From an uncultured delta proteobacterium (GTDB lineage: Bacteria; Myxococcota_A; Polyangia; Polyangiales; Polyangiaceae), in assembly GCA_963731595.1 (NCBI GenBank), contig CAVSWE010000003.1, forward strand, positions 236,948 to 300,947: DNA of 64,000 nucleotides, given 5' to 3'. Positions within the stretch are counted from its first letter, which is position 1. Each line of letters begins with the position of its first letter. A program made the translations under genes and the position numbers. The notes below the pieces were generated by a model, which saw nothing but the letters and a program-made list of their open reading frames with translations, was not told where the DNA came from and made no database searches. Positions 62,882 to 64,000 of this stretch are shown piece after piece.

Positions 62882-64000
62882 CCGTGCCGATCCGGCGCAG
62901 GATCGCTTCGGCAGTGGGCCCGGAGCGGCGAGCCATGCTTTCGCGTTCCAGTTCGTGGCTCACCACGTCCGCGTTCAGGTCCAGAAAGGTAACCTGCTCC
63001 AGTTCGTCACGCTCGGCATCTTCGAATAATCGCCTCAGTGACGCCCGCGTGATCGCGCGCCCGCCAAGGCCGGCGATGACCGTGTAGCCGTTGAGTGCGA
63101 TGCCGGACAAGGACTTGCGCACCCCGTCGGAAACAATGCCGCCCAGGCCCACGGCCAGACATTTTTCCAGCACCACCACGCGCTTTGCATGCTGTAGCGC
63201 GTCGCGCAGAACGCCGAGCGGAAATGGACGGAAGGAACAAATGGAAACCGAACCGATCCGTGAACCGTCGGCACGCATTGCATCGACGACTTCCTGCACC
63301 GTGCCGTTGAGCGAACCGAGCGCGACCACGATCGTCTCGGCGTCTTCGGTGCGGTAGGGGCGGATAAGCCCGCCGGAGTCGCGGCCGAATTGTTTCTGGA
63401 ATGCAGTGGCCAGCTCCGGAATCAATCCCAGCGCGCGCAGCTGCTTGTGATGCGACAGGTAGCGCACTTCGGTGAATGCTTCTGGCCCGACCATCGCGCC
63501 GATGCTCACCGGATCGGCCGGGTCAAGCATTTGCCGCGGCTCGTAGCGCGGCAGGAACGCGTCGACCTCCTGCTGCGTCGGCACGTCGACGCGGTCGTAG
63601 GCATGGGTGAGGATGAAGCCGTCCATGCACACCATCACCGGGCAGGACAGCACTTCGGCGAGGCGGAAGGCCTGAATGTGCAGATCGAGCGCTTCCTGGT
63701 TGGTTTCCGCGTAGAGCTGGATCCAGCCGGCGTCGCGCATCGACATGCTATCGGAGTGATCATTCCAGATATTGATCGGTGCCCCGATCGCCCGGTTGCC
63801 GATGGTCATGACGATCGGCAGCCCGAGCCCGGCGGCGTTGTACACGGCCTCGGCCATGAACAGCAAGCCTTGGCTGCTGGTTGCCGTATAGGTGCGCACG
63901 CCCGCCGCCGAAGCGCCGATGGCTACCGACAGCGCGGCGAATTCCGATTCGACGTTGATAAACTCACAGCCGGCGAGCTCTTCGGTCTTGACCATCTCGC
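62862..64000 (-). CDS. korA: 2-oxoacid:ferredoxin/acceptor oxidoreductase alpha subunit (PorA/KorA), 5' part outside the window
   Basis: ..GASAAGVRTYTATSSQGLLFMAEAVYNAAGLGLPIVMTIGNRAIGAPINIWNDHSD..; ORF runs off the window end. Confidence 0.8.
   Translation of the reverse strand, partial: EMVKTEELAGCEFINVESEFAALSVAIGASAAGVRTYTATSSQGLLFMAEAVYNAAGLGLPIVMTIGNRAIGAPINIWNDHSDSMSMRDAGWIQLYAETNQEALDLHIQAFRLAEVLSCPVMVCMDGFILTHAYDRVDVPTQQEVDAFLPRYEPRQMLDPADPVSIGAMVGPEAFTEVRYLSHHKQLRALGLIPELATAFQKQFGRDSGGLIRPYRTEDAETIVVALGSLNGTVQEVVDAMRADGSRIGSVSICSFRPFPLGVLRDALQHAKRVVVLEKCLAVGLGGIVSDGVRKSLSGIALNGYTVIAGLGGRAITRASLRRLFEDAERDELEQVTFLDLNADVVSHELERESMARRSGPTAEAILRRIGTVASRIG

Overview
This is a high-GC (about 65-67%) proteobacterial chromosome segment. 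The KorABC-type 2-oxoglutarate oxidoreductase, a Bug/TctC remnant, RegBA and the contiguous nuoA-N operon suggest a Betaproteobacteria/Rhodocyclales-like organism, but that is inference only. From left to right the window holds: (i) a truncated single-module NRPS (C-A-T-TE, with a Cys where the TE nucleophile Ser normally sits), next to an O-methyltransferase interrupted by an in-frame stop; (ii) a tRNA-Phe-like 3' fragment and an IS110 transposase at the edge of a patchy, island-like accessory stretch (about 5.0-19 kb) carrying hutU-hutG, tailoring enzymes (acyltransferase, sulfotransferase, methyltransferase, cupin), several gene remnants (TctC, MscS, IS3 OrfA, a second sulfotransferase), a Lys-rich tandem-repeat protein and a 576-aa protein of unknown function; (iii) a redox/anoxia signalling neighbourhood: NnrS, a Ser/Thr-kinase-Usp fusion with a PPP phosphatase, a CBS-pair protein, a hemerythrin-like protein, an FNR with a Cys cluster, a NapC/NirT tetraheme quinol dehydrogenase, RegA/RegB, a monoheme cytochrome c, and cNMP-binding proteins; (iv) the most striking element, a porin-decaheme cytochrome pair of the MtrAB/MtoAB/PioAB type (all ten CxxCH motifs and the C-terminal Phe of the barrel recovered across frames); (v) a lactate-utilisation supercluster (lutABC, lctP and a giant Fe-S D-lactate dehydrogenase); (vi) the complete complex I operon nuoA-N; (vii) an EtfD/HdrD-like membrane Fe-S oxidoreductase, a malic enzyme and korCBA. 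One caveat governs everything: nearly every long, conserved gene here (hutU, nuoE/F/G/I/J/K/L/M/N, malic enzyme, the D-LDH, the NRPS, the decaheme cytochrome and porin) needs one or more frame changes to be read. This points to indel-rich sequence (for example uncorrected long reads) rather than mass pseudogenisation. All coordinates are approximate (about +/-3 nt) and 'pseudogene' calls are provisional.
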